Positions 1 through 14,104 of a DNA stretch of 64,000 nt are shown here, in pieces; positions within the stretch are counted from its first letter, which is position 1, and each line of letters starts with the position of its first letter. The DNA is taken from positions 57,722,001-57,786,000 of the forward strand of contig CM060733.1 in the NCBI GenBank assembly GCA_030704615.1, read 5' to 3'. This DNA comes from Takakia lepidozioides. Its lineage: Eukaryota > Plantae > Bryophyta. A program made the translations under genes and the position numbers. The notes beneath the pieces are model-generated. The model was not told the origin of the DNA and ran no database searches. It was given only the letters and a program-made list of their open reading frames with translations.

Positions 1-410
1 TCTCTAGCTTGCCAGGAATTTGATTCACTTAAAAGGGCACTCACAGCAGCACCAATTCTGATAAATCCAAGATGGGATTTACCATTTCATGTACACAGTG
101 ATGCATCAGGCATTGCTTTAGGGGCAGTTCTATCTCAGAATGTGACGGGCACAATAGATTCACCAATCTATTATGCAAGCAGATTGTTGACAGCAGCCGA
201 GAAGAACTATAGCACCACAGAAAGGGAAGCATTGGCAATGATTTATGTTGTTCAAAAGTTTCGGCATTATTTATTTGGCAATCGCTTTAAGTTTAGTGTT
301 GATCATCAGGCTCTAGTTCATTTAGCAAATCGACCACTAGCTAGTGGCAGGGTTGCTCGATGGTTATTACTTCTTCATGAGTATGATTTTGAAGTTGTTC
401 ATAAACAAGG
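1..410 (+). mobile_element. Ty3/Gypsy pol fragment (RT connection/RNase H), truncated before integrase
   Basis: Frame 1 reads LKRALTAAPIL..F.VHSDASGIALGAVLSQ..PIYYASRLLTAAEKNYSTTEREALAM..FRHYL..DHQAL..RVARWLLLLHEYDFEVVHKQG. Homology breaks off at ~410. Confidence 0.9.
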
Positions 411-580
411 TCCCGTATTTATTTGCGGCCATGTGGTATACAAAGTTGATTTTATTGCGACCGGTGGATTGACAAACTGCCACTGCGAGACAGCGTACTA
501 GACTATACATGTTCTTTGATATCCCAGACTTGTATATACGTTAAGGGCAGGACATCATACGGTTTGATGGAAACGACGAG

Positions 581-2205
581 GTGGAAGAAGGAGGAAAGGC
601 GGATGGAAACGACGATGTGGAAGAAGGAGCAGACCAACCTTCAGATTATACGCCGCAACAGGTCTCCGCAGTCGGGCCTTCAACGTCTGAGGTGGAGGGG
701 GGCGAGGTACGCTCTCCGTTGGAGGAACAGTTGGCCGCACATGAACAGCACATCAAAGACCTGCAGGACATTGTTCATTTGCAACGGTGGCAAATAGCGA
801 AGTTGCTGGAAAGAATGAGGTTGGGGACTCTTGACAGCGTACGTGGTGTGCTTCAGGACCCGAGGCCAATCACCAACGAGCAAGACATATTGGCGCGTTT
901 GAATATGCCACCAATGGACATTGACCGCGTCATCGACGGGGTTGACTCAATCGGGCATGGGAATGAAGTGCAAACATCTGAACTGGACCCGGCGAGGGTT
1001 GAGGAAGAAAGACTTGCGGCGGAGAGGGCAAGAAAAAGGAAGGACCCCATAGTGGAAACAGGGGAATGTTCAGCCGTGCAAATTACATCGGCCCAAGAAC
1101 AGGAATTAGAGCAACTTGTGGGGGAACGCGAGCAAGCTAGGGCTGTTGCATATCGGTACTCAAATGCCATGGAAATCCGATCGTGGCCATGGTTGAAGGG
1201 GAATTGGCGGAATTGGGTGACATGGGCGGGCCATCTAGCATCGCGGGAAACACGGATAGAAGAAGCGTTGTCCTTCCTCCAACGTGCAACACGTTTGTCA
1301 AATCGAAGCGTAGATAGCATCTATGCTAATTTGCAAAAGCACGACATTGTGCATGATGTATTCACGTCGAAGTACACTGGATTCACCACATAGGGTGATG
1401 TGGATGCCATGTTTGAGCACTGCGTGATGTATCGCCTTACGATTTTTTAAATTGGCAGCACTGGGGGGAGACAATGACATGGGATGCTCCAAGAGAGATG
1501 CACGCCTTGGATGCGAAGACGTTAACTAGGGTTAAAGATCCGGTGACATCCAACTGGGAAATAACCGTGCGTGCTAGAGGCATACGGGATCCAATTCAAA
1601 GGGAGTTTTTTTGCCGGAACTTGGGAGGGCATTGGAGCTGTACCAGACAAAGATTCTTCCGACTGCCTGAGGATCCGTGGGTGCCAGCGGAAAACGACCC
1701 ATACAATCGCGAACCGATTGGGAGAGACCTATTTCTGAGGGAGTTGGAGGCCGCTAGCATCCGTTGGGAGGATATGAATGAGATGTACTGGGTGCCTCGT
1801 CGGGATGAAAGGCCATTTCTTCTAGAGTTGCGCAGAGACCCCCAGCAGGAGGAGGTGTTGAACAATTTCAAGGCTGTCATCACGAGTGTTGTAAAGTATT
1901 GGCAGAACACATGGCATGACCAAGTTGCCCCTATTCCAGGGGTGTTCTTGTCACTTCCAAACATATCGGATTTAATTGAAAAATTGCATGTCGTCGTAGC
2001 AAGAGCGATACACCCGGCTCTGGCAAATGTGGAAGAGAGTCATCACTCGCCTAGAACGCTACGCATGATGGCAAGGGTGGACCACACAACACTGGGTCCC
2101 TCTGCTCTCCGTACTGGTGGAGGCACGTCCTCTACACCCGGAGAATCTTCATCAACATCTGGAGATGATGACAACGAAGTAATAAATCTAGATGAAGATG
2201 ACTAG
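581..2205 (+). other. Two consecutive ORFs of unknown function (270 aa, 581-1393; 243 aa, 1474-2205), probably transposon accessory ORFs
   Basis: Long intronless ORFs with acidic and coiled-coil-like segments directly after the Gypsy RNase H fragment. No domain recognised. Confidence 0.4.
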
Positions 2206-2219
2206 AAAGGCTAGAAATG

Positions 2220-5035
2220 TAGGGAGTAGGCCAAAGGTCTCAGGTTGCGAAAACTTAAATGTGCAACCCACTGTATAGTCTACGTAATTTTTTGAAATAT
2301 GAGGTTCATCATTTGAACCATTTTTGAATGACCTCATACTTGTTCGGTACCTGTTTAGGCATGTACAATATATTGGCAAAGTTTCAAAACAATAAAAAAT
2401 TGTTGAATGATGATACCATTGGTTCACCCATTGCAATATTTTAAATCGGACTCATACTTGTCCGGTACCTTTAAGAGGGCATGTATAATGCAATGGCAAA
2501 GTTTGAAAGCATTCAGAAATCGGCACATCAAGTCACCACTGGTTCCTCCTGTGAACCATTTTTTATTGATCTCATACTTGTCCGGTCCATGTAAGAGGCA
2601 TATAGAACATACTGGCAAAATTTCAAATCATTCAAATTTTTTTTGATCGAGGAACCTTTGGTTTATCCTTTTCACCACTAACGATTAATCACAAATAAAT
2701 GAACAGACGAATAAATCATTTGCCTCCAAATGATTTTGGTTCGCTTTGAGACTTGGCCAGTACATTCAATGTACCATGGAAGAGGCCCCAGAGTAATATG
2801 AGATCAATCGAAATTCGTTCAATGGGCCAACGGATGGTTGCCCATCCAAATGATTTTCGTTCGCTTTGAGACTTGGCCAGTGTGTTCAATGTACCCTCTG
2901 ATAGGTCCCAGTGTAATATGAGATCAATCGAAATTCGTTCGATGGGCCAATGAGGCATTCAGTTGTCATCTGGTTTTTGTTCATTGCGAAAAAGAAATCT
3001 TGCAATGCGTGCACGGCTATTGCACACATTGAACAGATGTGGTTGAAGCCCTCTTTTGCCCGCATGTGCTTGAACATGTGTGCGACACATGTGCAGAGAC
3101 ACAACAGACAAATAAATCATTTGTCTCCCCATCGACATCAAGCCATTCCATAATGTAATTGAATTTAAATTAATTTTAAGCCAATAAATAGGTTTGCATT
3201 GCCTTTCATTGGGGGTTTCTGGCACGTATCGATTTTGTATTTTGCTCAATTTTGTTCTGTGGCTTCCAGCATCCTACCACTACTTCCCCGCCAAAATTTG
3301 GACCAATCAAAAATTCCCCCAAAAAAAAGTGTTGTCTTTGCTCACTATTGTACAACTCTCTATGAATAGTGCATGAAGTTGAACACAAATCAAGTTTGGA
3401 GTGTAAAACAGGGAAGAAATTGTGGTTTTGGGTCCAAATGAATTATGTTTGCTCCCAAATTTGGCACGCACGTTGCATATGGCTACATTACACGCCCCAT
3501 TCAAAAACAGAATGAAAAAACAATTATGAGCACGCGAAAACACAGTCCAACAGGTCCCAAACCAATAGCAAATCCAGCGGAATACATTCAACGGGTGAAC
3601 GGATGGTTGCCCATCCAAATCATTTTTGTTTGCTTCCAAACTTTGCCAGTACGTTCGAGACACCCTCTCACAGGTCCCGGACTAATATCAGATCAATCGA
3701 AATTCATTCGATGGCTCAACGGATGGTTGGCCATCGAGATGATTTTGGTTCGCTTTGAGACTTGGCCAGTATGTTTGATGTACCATGGAAGAGGCCCCAG
3801 AGTAATATGAGATCAACCGAAATTCATTCAATGGGCCAACGGATGGTTGCCTATCCAAATGATTTTCGTTCGCTTTGAGACTTGGCCAGTGTGTTCAATG
3901 TACCCTCTTATAGGTCCCAGTGTAATATGAGATCAATCGTTGACGATTAATCATGAATCATCCAACAGGGGAACTGTTGGTTTACCCTTTGAACCATTTA
4001 ATATTGACATCATACTTATCCAGTAACTTTAAGAGGGCATATACAAGACACTCGCAAAGTTTCAAATGATCCAAAATCATTTGGCAGGGGAATGATTGGT
4101 TCACCCATAGCCAATTTTAGGGGTTGAAATTGCCATTTATGGGGCTCGAATTGCCAATTTCAGGGCCTGGACTTGCAATTTGAGGGGCTGAAATTGCCAT
4201 TCCAGGGGCTGCACTAGCAATTGTCATTTCACAGGCTACAGTTGCAATTTGAGGGGCGGGAATTGTCGTTTCAGGGGCTAGAAGTGCAATTTGAGGGGGT
4301 TGGAATTAAATTTCAGGGGCTTCAATTGCAAATCTGAGGGGTTGGAATTGACAATTTCAAGGGCTCAAATTACAATTTGAGGGGCCGCCGGGGTTGGTCA
4401 TTTTAGGGACTGGCATTACCAAATTTAAGGGCTTGAATTGCATTTTGAATTGTAATTCAAGGGTTACAATGGGCCATGAAAAAAACGTTCATCCTTTGCT
4501 CTATGCTCACTATTGCAGAACTCTCTATGAAGAGTGCATGAAGTTGAAGATAACTTCATCTTGGAGTACAAATGAGGGAATAAAATGTGTTTTGGATGCA
4601 GACGATGTCTGTTCATGGTGATATTTTGCATGCAACTCTTCATGTTGTTATCAAGCATATGGCTTTAGAATGGAATTAAAAATAATTCATGTGCAGGCGA
4701 AAGGTTGTTTCTCCTTATGAATTTGAATAACCAATTCAAACAACTTTGTTGAAGTTCAACTTTGGTCCATATGTGCTTAAGTACGTACAAATCACGTACA
4801 CAAAGTTGCAAGCGAAGAAATAATCATTTGCTCCCCGAACGACTCGTTAAATCTTTCAACCAATTTTCCATCATGAATCATTGAATAGGGGAACTATTGG
4901 TTTACCCTTAGAACCATTTTAGATTGACCTCATACTTGTCCAGTAACTTAAAGATGGCATGTACAACACACTCCCAAAGTTTCAAATCAATCTAAAATCA
5001 TTTGGCAGGGGAACGATTGGTTCACCCATTGACCC
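2220..5035. repeat. Complex degenerate tandem/subterminal repeat array (~120-bp units)
   Basis: Recurrent units CCAAATGATTTT(G/C)GTTCGCTTTGAGACTTGGCCAGT...GAGATCAATCGAAATTC at ~2726, 2846, 3735, 3856, and related units at 2330-2630, 4000-4110, 4910-5030. Confidence 0.75.
4120..4470. repeat. ~21-bp degenerate minisatellite (GGGGCT..AATTGC..ATTT)
   Basis: Repeated gggct/aattgc/aatttgaggg motifs at roughly 21-bp period. Confidence 0.7.
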
Positions 5036-5197
5036 GGTGTACACTATCACTCTTCAAGATTCGTGGGTGTGGTGCTTAATTATCCCATATGATGGACCCA
5101 GGTGCCATGGCCAAGTAACAAACCATTAAAACATTATGGTACGAGACAAACACAATTGAAAACAACATTTATTCAAACATGATATACAGTCAGAAAT

Positions 5198-6290
5198 CTA
5201 CAAGTTTCTATCCATCCTCCAGCAATTTTTGGGCTCAGGCCAATTGAATAGTCTCGTCATGAAACGCTTCACAACATTTTCTAGTTTGTACCGCAACTCT
5301 ACTGTGTCTACACACAAGTTTTCCAGAGCGGAAGCAAAACAGGTTCCAGTAGACATATCGTTGAACAGGCTTGCATCGAACGTGTTACCCCCATTTATTG
5401 CCAGGGCTATCTTCCCAATTGCAAAGGTCTCTGATGGCACGGTTAGAGGGGGCCTACAAGGTGTGCCATCTGACTGGTTGTTGGCTACATTATGAACAAT
5501 TGCAATTTTAGGTGCAATCCACCATCTATGTGCGAGAGTCTTTATCATCTTGTCTCTGCTCTCGAAAATGTACAACGTGGTTTTTGGGTCATCCGTCGAG
5601 AAGGCCATCCCCTAATCGCATACCCCTATGTACACATCTTTAGACCCTTGTGGAAAATGCAACAAGATGTTGTCGGGGGACATGTCGTTGTGCAAGAGGT
5701 GTGATTATGGACGTTGAGCATGATGTGCAAAAGCGCCCATGCCAATTGTGTGCGATTTTGTCGGAATCGAACCAGTCGGTTGACCTCCTGCATTTCCTGC
5801 TCCATCCCCCGTCGTTCCATTAACTCCCTGTTATCCCGATCATTCCCCCATTTCCTGTCAATACTCAACCATGATCGTATGGTCCCCCCATTCCACCAAT
5901 GTGTGTAACCTTCATTTCGACGTGGATGCAACGCAAAATACTTTATGATGCCAAAATGATGGAACTTTACAGCCAACGCCTCATTGTTGTGTTGGACTTT
6001 GGCAAGCTTATCATTTGTTTCCCTGGGCGTTTTCCCTGCTAGCTCCCAAGTGGAGGAATGAATTGATCCCCAACAATTCTAACCCTCCGAATTGTACCAT
6101 ACCCTCCCTGTTTGGGCGCATCGAGTTGTTGTACCTGTGCGTTTGTGGATATGTATCTCACGTTCAATGCCGCATCCGCGGAGGTGTCTATTTGGGAAGC
6201 CATGTGTGTTTGGTAGACAACGAGTAGGGACCCTCTTTTAGTAATAGATGCGGTGCGCCGGGAGGTGGAGTGGGTGTGGGAGTACATACT
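5198..6290 (-). pseudogene. Protein kinase pseudogene inside a MULE-like element
   Basis: Frameshifted minus-strand translation gives QGGYGTIRRV (Gly loop), LAGK, NEALA, LLHNDMSPDNILL (catalytic loop), CD*GMA (DWG with TGG>TAG) and RWWIAPK (APE-like). Confidence 0.75.
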
Positions 6291-8489
6291 CTTTAAGATC
6301 CTGCCTCTGCCGATGCGATAGCAGCATTGTACTCTAGAGACTCCGAACGGAGTCCTGTCAACACCACACTAACTACACACTCGGTAGATACAGGTGACAT
6401 CCACTAGACTCCCATCCGCCAGATTGTCCAGCAGACTCCCGTCCAGGAGACTGTCGCCCAGCAGACTCTCCTCAACCAGGGGACATAGACACCCATCCAG
6501 CAGACTGCTCCTGAGAATACGCCGGCCCACCAGACTGTGTTCCAGCAGACTCCCATGCAACGGACTACTGGCCAGCAGACTGTGGTCAGCCAGCGGACTC
6601 CCAGGCAGCAGACTCCCAATCTCATTTCCACCATGGGCCTCTTTGGAGTTTGGCGATCACCATTGCCGGCAATTGATCCAGAAGCTGTAGACCTCGGTGG
6701 CCATTTGTTCCCTTCCATTATTCTATGGATTTTAGTATTGGAGAAGCGAACCATGTTCTGGAAGGCGCACAGTCCGTTGCTCATGCAGCCACGAAAGTCC
6801 ATAATGTGCCGCCACTGCTTGTGCAGCTCATCCTCATGGATGACCCACGCCTTCAGGAGCTGAGACATATGCCCATAGCGCATCCAACCGTTGGGGTGCA
6901 GGGAAAGCACTTGTTTAGAATATCTGAAGAGTATTTTGATCGCATTGCAGCTTCCTTCCTTCAGCATCGATGGATTGATGCGGGTGAGAAGAGTGGTGTC
7001 GATGAGGCCTTGTAATGGTTTGCAGCGGTGATGGAGCGAGCAGTGTTCGACATTGTCTGGAACAAACCAGATGTCTTCAAAGTCCTCTGATGTGGTCCCC
7101 TTTTGAACACCGGCTGCCAGCAATTCGCCATCTTGATGGAGCATGCTTGGAACGTCAAATCAAAGATATTGGTCTCATTGGCAACCTCCTGGAAGGTAAT
7201 TTCCCGTTCTTTTTTTTCCGTTCTGAAGTCCATCGGGTTTTGGTTGGAGTTTGCTGTGAGGCTGACCTTTTGAAACCCACCTGTTTCAGGAATGTCCGAT
7301 GTGGACGGGCACGTGCAGTCCACTACAACAGATTGCGGCTTTTACGTCTCTGTGTTATGACTGCAAATGCAGTTATGGAAGCCATTTACGACTTCCTGAC
7401 TCTGAAGACGTAAAAGCCTAGTCAAATGTGACATGGCAGATATGACTCTCCAGGCTGGCTGTGACGTGGCACCTGAGCAGCTGTGGGGGTAGTCATACAC
7501 GCTGGCTTTTTAGAATGACTGAACGGACAGTGTAGTCCATGTCAACAGCTGTGCAAGAGTGGCACGTGCTTGATACAAGAAATGACACGTGGCAGAGTGT
7601 TCGCTCTCCATGACTGCAAACTATGACTACGGGCGTGCTAATCCGGTTGCAACATGTGGCACGTTGCAGTTTTTACACATGGTCCCTCAGCAGATTGACA
7701 TGTGTTTTTTTTGGGTGTATTGCTATTTTTTTACATATTTGTATTTTTGCCACGTGGTGTAGTACTATTGGAGAGTGAAAATATATGTAGTCATTATTAT
7801 GACTATGATAGCAGTCATGTACATGTCTATTACAACAATGAAATATAATATATAATACAAAGAGAACAAGGCAACAAGACATAACTGCAACAAGCTGAGC
7901 AAAACCAAGAGATTGTACACCATCTCTATTTACCAATCTATTTATCATTATCATTTTTGTCACGATCTAAAAATACATAAAATAGTCACATGTTCTCATG
8001 TGAATTATATTGTCTAACTATAACACTTTGAAAAGTGTTCACCCAGAATCTTCTAACTACTCATGTATTCCATCAATCTGCAACCTATCAAAAACTAAAG
8101 CTTGCATGGCTTTAAGAATTACTACAGCAAGGACATCTGTTTGTTTTCCAAGTTCTTGCATAAGATGCACCAACCAACATTGCATTGTGAGACACTCACT
8201 CACTATACTCCAAAGCGTCCAGGGAAGGTCACTGAGCAACCTGCCAAGGCGGAAATAATTAAGAGAATGATCTAATACCATATATGAAAAACCAATGCCA
8301 GTGTTGTTTATGGTAACTTCTATCCCATGGACTCGTATACAAACCAAAGCAAAAAGGTTGGTGTGTGTTGGCGAAGTCGTCAGATACTTCACAAAGAAAC
8401 ATGCACTAAAAATGAGAGCCAGGAGGATAGGAAGGTCACTCACGTGTATACAAAGACGTCTTGTCCATTGCCCAACACCCTGCGTCACC

Positions 8490-9710
8490 CACACTCTATC
8501 TCTACTCCTTCAGCTATCCATGCCTCTGCACAAATCAAGCATTCAACCTTGCCTTGCTGCTAGCAACTGACAATGACAACCTACATTTGTTCTAGGAAAC
8601 ACCCAACTCAGCGTAGCACACTAGTTCCTATGCTGAATTGCGTCTGCTACTCTCTGAAATGTAGCAGGCATTCACCTTTCTGCCCCGGTTGACACATCAG
8701 TGACTGGGCTCAGATAAGTATTCATTCCACAACTTCTCCTCATCTTTGTTACCTGTTTTTTGACACTTTCCTGTTGTCACATTGGCAGTATCATGTCAAA
8801 GTCACTCCAAACTAGATTCACTCAACCAGCTAACTTGCAGAATTGAACATGTAAATTTAGGGCCGATTCTGATAAAGAGGGAAAAACAGGGTGAAATGTG
8901 TTGAAGAAGATGCCTTCATTAGCAGTGCCTGATTTTATCACTTGTGCCGCTGCTGCCAGTTGACCATCTACCCATGCAGGTTTCTTGTAGCTATTGATCC
9001 ACAGGGAATCACAGGTAATCTTGTGCTTGAAATCTGGCCCTCTTGGATGAATCTGGACCCACACGAAATCCCTGCTCCTTCAGCTATCCATGCTTCTGCA
9101 CAAATCATGCATATATCCTCACCTTGCTGCTAGCAGCTGACAATGACAGCTTCGAATTGTCAAAGCAAACACTAGCAAGGAAAACAGGGTGAAATATGTT
9201 GAAGAAGGTACCTTCACCCCTTTCCCCATCATTTGATTTCAGGTGTCCAAAGCCCCATCTCGCACTCCTGCTCTGCACACCCTGCAAGCATCGCATTCCA
9301 CGACACCACATCTGGTTCAGCCATAGTGTTGAACACTCCCTTAGCATCCTCAATGCTCCCACATTTAGCATACATGGCCACCAGAGCAATGTTCAGGATG
9401 ACATCTGGTACAATTGCAGATTTGATGATGTCACCAGGGATCTCTTTGCCCTTTTCCAGGGCTGCCAGACGCATTGCAAACGCACACAAACGTTCTGTCG
9501 GCGGCCTTCACCCCTTCCCCCATCATTTGTTCAAAGGTTGGAGCCTCCATCCCGCACCCCAGCTATGCATACCCTGCAAGCATCGCACTCCACGACACCA
9601 CATCTCGTTCAGCCACAGTGTGGAACACTCCCTTGGCATCCTCGATGCACCCACATTTGGCATACATGTCCACCAGGGCAGGGGCAGTGTTCAGAAGGAC
9701 ATGTGGTAAT
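8490..9710 (-). pseudogene. PLS-class PPR gene fragments (leader modules plus L/S/P motifs) in CACTA-A
   Basis: [61 protein letters not shown], with frameshifts. Confidence 0.85.
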
Positions 9711-10021
9711 TTGACAGGCATTCACCTCCTGACTTGGCTGTTCCCAACCCATCCTGCCATTGGCAAGAGATTCCACAGAAACTGATAGTTGTCTATTTGA
9801 CTGTATAACTATGTATCTCTTGCTTTCTTACAGCTTGTACTGTGACACGCGTAATGCTCTTGCTGTGTTGAATCATTTCACGCCTTCAGGTTTCAAAACA
9901 AACATTACCGTCTTTCTTTATCAGACACGTGCACCAAGACAGAATCTCACCAAAAGACTGTTGGTGTTCAACAGTACCATACATGAAGATAACTAGCACC
10001 AAAAGGGCATATGAAGCTTAC

Positions 10022-10108
10022 ACTGCTCTCCACTGGTATTAACCTGCACCAGGACTTCAAATGGCTGTCTTCCAGTCCACCCACGGCCTGCTATAAATGG
10101 CTTGCAAC
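10022..10108 (-). pseudogene. Captured single exon of PLP homeostasis protein (PLPBP/PROSC/YggS)
   Basis: VASHL*QAVGG../GRQPFEVLVQVNTSGEQ matches the family motif V.VQVNTSGE. Flanked by ag| acceptor and |gtaagc donor. Confidence 0.75.
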
Positions 10109-11174
10109 CTACGCTGATTACCATGAAAATTTCAAAACTGGCTTTACCAACCTAATAATTCAAGCATAATCAGCATTCGAGCTAAGGAAGCTTTACAAGC
10201 ATTGTGTTGCGAGTAAAGCCTTGGCAATGTCACCAGGAAATCCCTGGCTGAATGGATGACACTGAAATAATGGAGCTTGAAATCCAGCCCTCTTGGAGGA
10301 ATCTAGGCCCACACTCTATCCCTGCTCCTTCAGCTATCTATGCCTCTGCACAAAATCATGCATACATCCTTGCCTTCCTGCTAGCAGCTGACAATGACAG
10401 CCTAGAATTGTTCCAGCAAACATCCCCAACCCTACTTATCAACGAGCAATGAGCTAACTTACAAAATTCAATATGCATCTCAGGGCCGAGTCTGATGAGA
10501 GGGCAAAATAGACTGAAATAGGTCGAAGAAGAAGGTGCCCTCACCACACTGTCCTTGACCTTGTGTCATGACCCATGGAGGATTTGACCGACAAAAGGAC
10601 CTCTTGTGTGCGATGCTTGTGTCTGTAGTCAGGGATTGGTCAGTGAGAACCTGCACCACGGTGCAGTTGAGCAGGCAGACATTGAAACACAGTCTGCTAA
10701 GACCAAGCTGACTCTCCCAAGAACCTTGTAAACATCAGGAAGAATATCAAATCATGGTACTAACAGGAGCCAACAGCCCACATTTGCAGGATGGACAAAC
10801 TTCTTCACATCGTACATTAAGAAAAAGCCACACCTTGCGATTGCGGTTGTCGCACCCTCGTGAAGGATCTTTAAAAAACTCATGCCAGCTCTGCTCCATG
10901 ATTCAAATTCAGGGCCGAGTCTGATGAGAGGGAAAAACAGACTGAAATAGGTCGAAGAAGAAGGTGCCCTCACCACATTGTCCTCGACCTTGTGTCATGA
11001 CCCATGGAGGATTTGACTGACCATGAACCCAAGAGGACCTCTTGTGTGTGCTGCTTGTGTCTGTAGTTAGGTAATGTCGGATTGGTCAGTGAAACCACCA
11101 CGGTGCAGCTGAGTGGGCAGAGATTGAAACACGGCCTGCTAAGATTAAGCTAACTCTCCCAAGAACCTTGTAAA

Positions 11175-11898
11175 TGTCGCGCACCTCACTTCGGTAAGCT
11201 CCCCTTCAAGTCATAGTTACTCGCTTTGATGCGCGCGCCTAACTCCCAACCTGGCCGCCGGGCCAACTCGGAGCTTCGGCTGCTCACCGGGACATAACGG
11301 TCCCCCTTTTCTCCCCCAACAGACCCTCCACCAATTTGGGCCTAGTGGAAATTCCCTTTGGTAGTTGGCAGTCCGGAATAGCTCCCCACTTCTTGGTCGC
11401 TTTCCGGCTCGCACGCTTACTCACTAGTTTTTGGTCACCAACGGGCTTGCCCCGTTCTCGGGGTTATTACTCCCTATATATACTTCTGTGACTGTCCGCG
11501 GGGGTTTCACAAACAACCATGCCATTTTATGGCGAACCACCACGAAGACCCTCGATTCCCGGTGATGAGTCGCGGTGAGTCTTGGCCCACCCACCACGGC
11601 CCCATTGGACCGTGGTGAGTCCCAAGACTCCCCACGACTCCCACCACAAGGTCTCCACCCCATGGTGAGTCCTATGCCACCCCCACTAAGTCCCACTAAG
11701 CTACCACCACCCCTTGTGGAGCCACCCCCACCGCAACCCAGTGTGCGGGTCCACCTAGTGAGCGCCTCCGCCTCCTTGAGTGCCTTGGGCATTGAAGGGT
11801 GCTTCAGCCCCCCCGTACCTATTGCTGCCACCGCCCCCACCACAAGGGCAGCCCCTCTGCGTCCCGACCCCGTGCCCTTAAGGCAAAGGGCCGCGACA
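11175..11898 (-). repeat. 3' LTR (TG...CA), with PPT-like GGTAGGGGTGTG adjacent at ~11899-11910
   Basis: About 97% identical to 25209-25935 (about 19 substitutions and 2 small indels by eye count). Confidence 0.95.
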
Positions 11899-12803
11899 CA
11901 CACCCCTACCAACAGGGAGTCGACGTCCTCATTGACTTGTGCATTTTGTAGAAACGAACATCCAAGTTGTGGCGTCCCACATCAAGGAGTTTGTTTCCGC
12001 ACCATGGCGTCCCATGGCAAAGAACCAAACCCCACACTTGACTCTACTCTCCACTAGCTAGTTCGGCCGACTTCTTCCAAGTCCCGGCCAAGGGTGGAGC
12101 CTCTCAAGCTCCACCCAGTGCACTCTTCTTGGCCTACTTCAAGGCCAAGGAACGATCCTCCCCGAGGATCGAATCGCCTTACTGCAACAACATTACTTGC
12201 GACTGCTCATGATGCCGCTTTTGGCATCACCTTGAGCAAGGGTTCACCTTGAACCCTTTTTGACTAGGAAGATAACCTTGAACCAACCGTGCGCCCCAAT
12301 CACTACAATTGGGTCCGCCTTGGAATGCTGGCTTGAGGTACGGGAATACGCCGAAGCCGCACTACGACTTCGTCCCGAGGCTACACGATTATTGTACGTG
12401 AATGGAAGCACGTAGCTTCCGCGTTAGCCCGCACTACAAGGCAACCCCCTCGGTAGCGCAGTTATAGTATGCGCACGCGCCAGATGCGCACTAGCACGTG
12501 AACTCCCAAAGAAGACACAAGTTTCTTTGCCCCTTGGATGGGAGTCACCCGATTTCGGCTCTGCGCAAACACACGATTAATCCAATTTACCTCTCCCACT
12601 TTTGTAAGCTAGCATGCATTCTACACACTAGCCAACCATACCATGCATCACCATTCCAAACAAAATAGGAGGCGCAACATTTGGAAACCATTTCATTTAT
12701 AACAAAATTTGTACAGCACAAGTTTTTGCAATCGGATTCTTGAGCTAGCTAAGCCGAGCTAAGCATGCATTTCCACCCCTACGATCCAAGGTCGATGTCC
12801 CCA

Positions 12804-12903
12804 TCAACGTTTCTTCCGCTTTTGAGGTCGCCCTTCGAAAGCTACAACCGCCACGGATGCGTTTCCCATTTCTGAGGCACGCACCCAAGATGCCTCCACA
12901 TGA
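12804..12903 (-). pseudogene. C-half of the Gypsy chromodomain, separated by CACTA-B
   Basis: Reads HVEASWVRASEMGNASVAVVAFEGRPQKRKKR*, the in-frame continuation of YLMKWKGYH at ~20690. Confidence 0.9.
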
Positions 12904-14104
12904 CACTATAATACAAACTAGGATTTTTTACTCTGTATTTGACTCATTTTTTAGTCATTTGCGATATTTTTACTCCCAGCCTCCATAGTCGAACATGCGT
13001 GACAAAGGTCAAGTCGTTTCAGTCAAGCAGTCGAATCCAGATGCCAGGTTCTGACAGTGAAATGTGACAGTAAAACCTAGGGGTGACGTGTAGGCAACAC
13101 AGTATGACGTGGATGGGACGTGGCTATGACGTGGCTATGACGTGTAGTAAAGTGGTTTAACTGAATTATAAGGTGGATGCATGACGTGCAGTAAAGTGGT
13201 TTAACTGAAGTGGAACATATTGACTATATTCCATGATGTTTAGTATACGATTTGACTGTAAATCAGTGATAGTGACTGTGAAGCAGTAAAAAATGACACA
13301 TTTTAGTAAATATGTTTCACTCTGAAGGTGTATATACATATATACATATAAATATAATATAATATATGAATTGGGAGGCTTTTTATTTAATATTTGGTTT
13401 TGTTTTGTTTATTACTGTTATTTGGTTTTTTTCATTTACTTTTAGTTTATATCTGTACGTATGTGAATTAGTGGATGTGAATTAGTGGATATTGTATTTA
13501 AATTGGTTTAACTGAATTATAAGGTGGATGCGTGACGTGTAGTGAGTGGCTTAAGGGCAGAGTGACGTGGATGCATGACGTGTAATAAAGTGGTTTAACT
13601 GAAGTGGGACATATTGACTATGTTCCATGATGTTTAGTATACGATTTGACTGTAAACCAGTGATAGTGACTGTGAAGCAGTAAAAAAGGACATGGAAGGC
13701 TTTTTATTTAATATTTGGTTTTTTTTGTTTATTACTGTTATTTCGTTTTTTCCATTTACTTTTAGTTTATATCTGTACGTATGTGAATTAGTGGATATTG
13801 TATTTAAATTTTTTAATTCGCTGCACTGCATTGAAAATATATTACAAATACAACAAAACATAGAATACAAATACAGGTCGGAACCAAAAACATTTGGATG
13901 GCCACATTCTACAAATGACCAACATGAGGGCCATGTTGCCATATCCATAGATCACTGCCCAACTGAAGTCATTGAGTAAGGATAATCTGCTGTGCAGCTA
14001 GGTCCAGCACTATCGTGGACATGTCAAGAGAACATTATAAATCATTTTGAGAATGAATTTAGGTAGTTCCAGAGAATGGTGGTGCCTACCTTGTCACCCA
14101 AACT

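Noticed and set aside
11217-12057. Pro/Gly-rich ORFs as extensin-like genes
   Set aside because: They lie within the LTR, and the frames differ among the three LTR copies.
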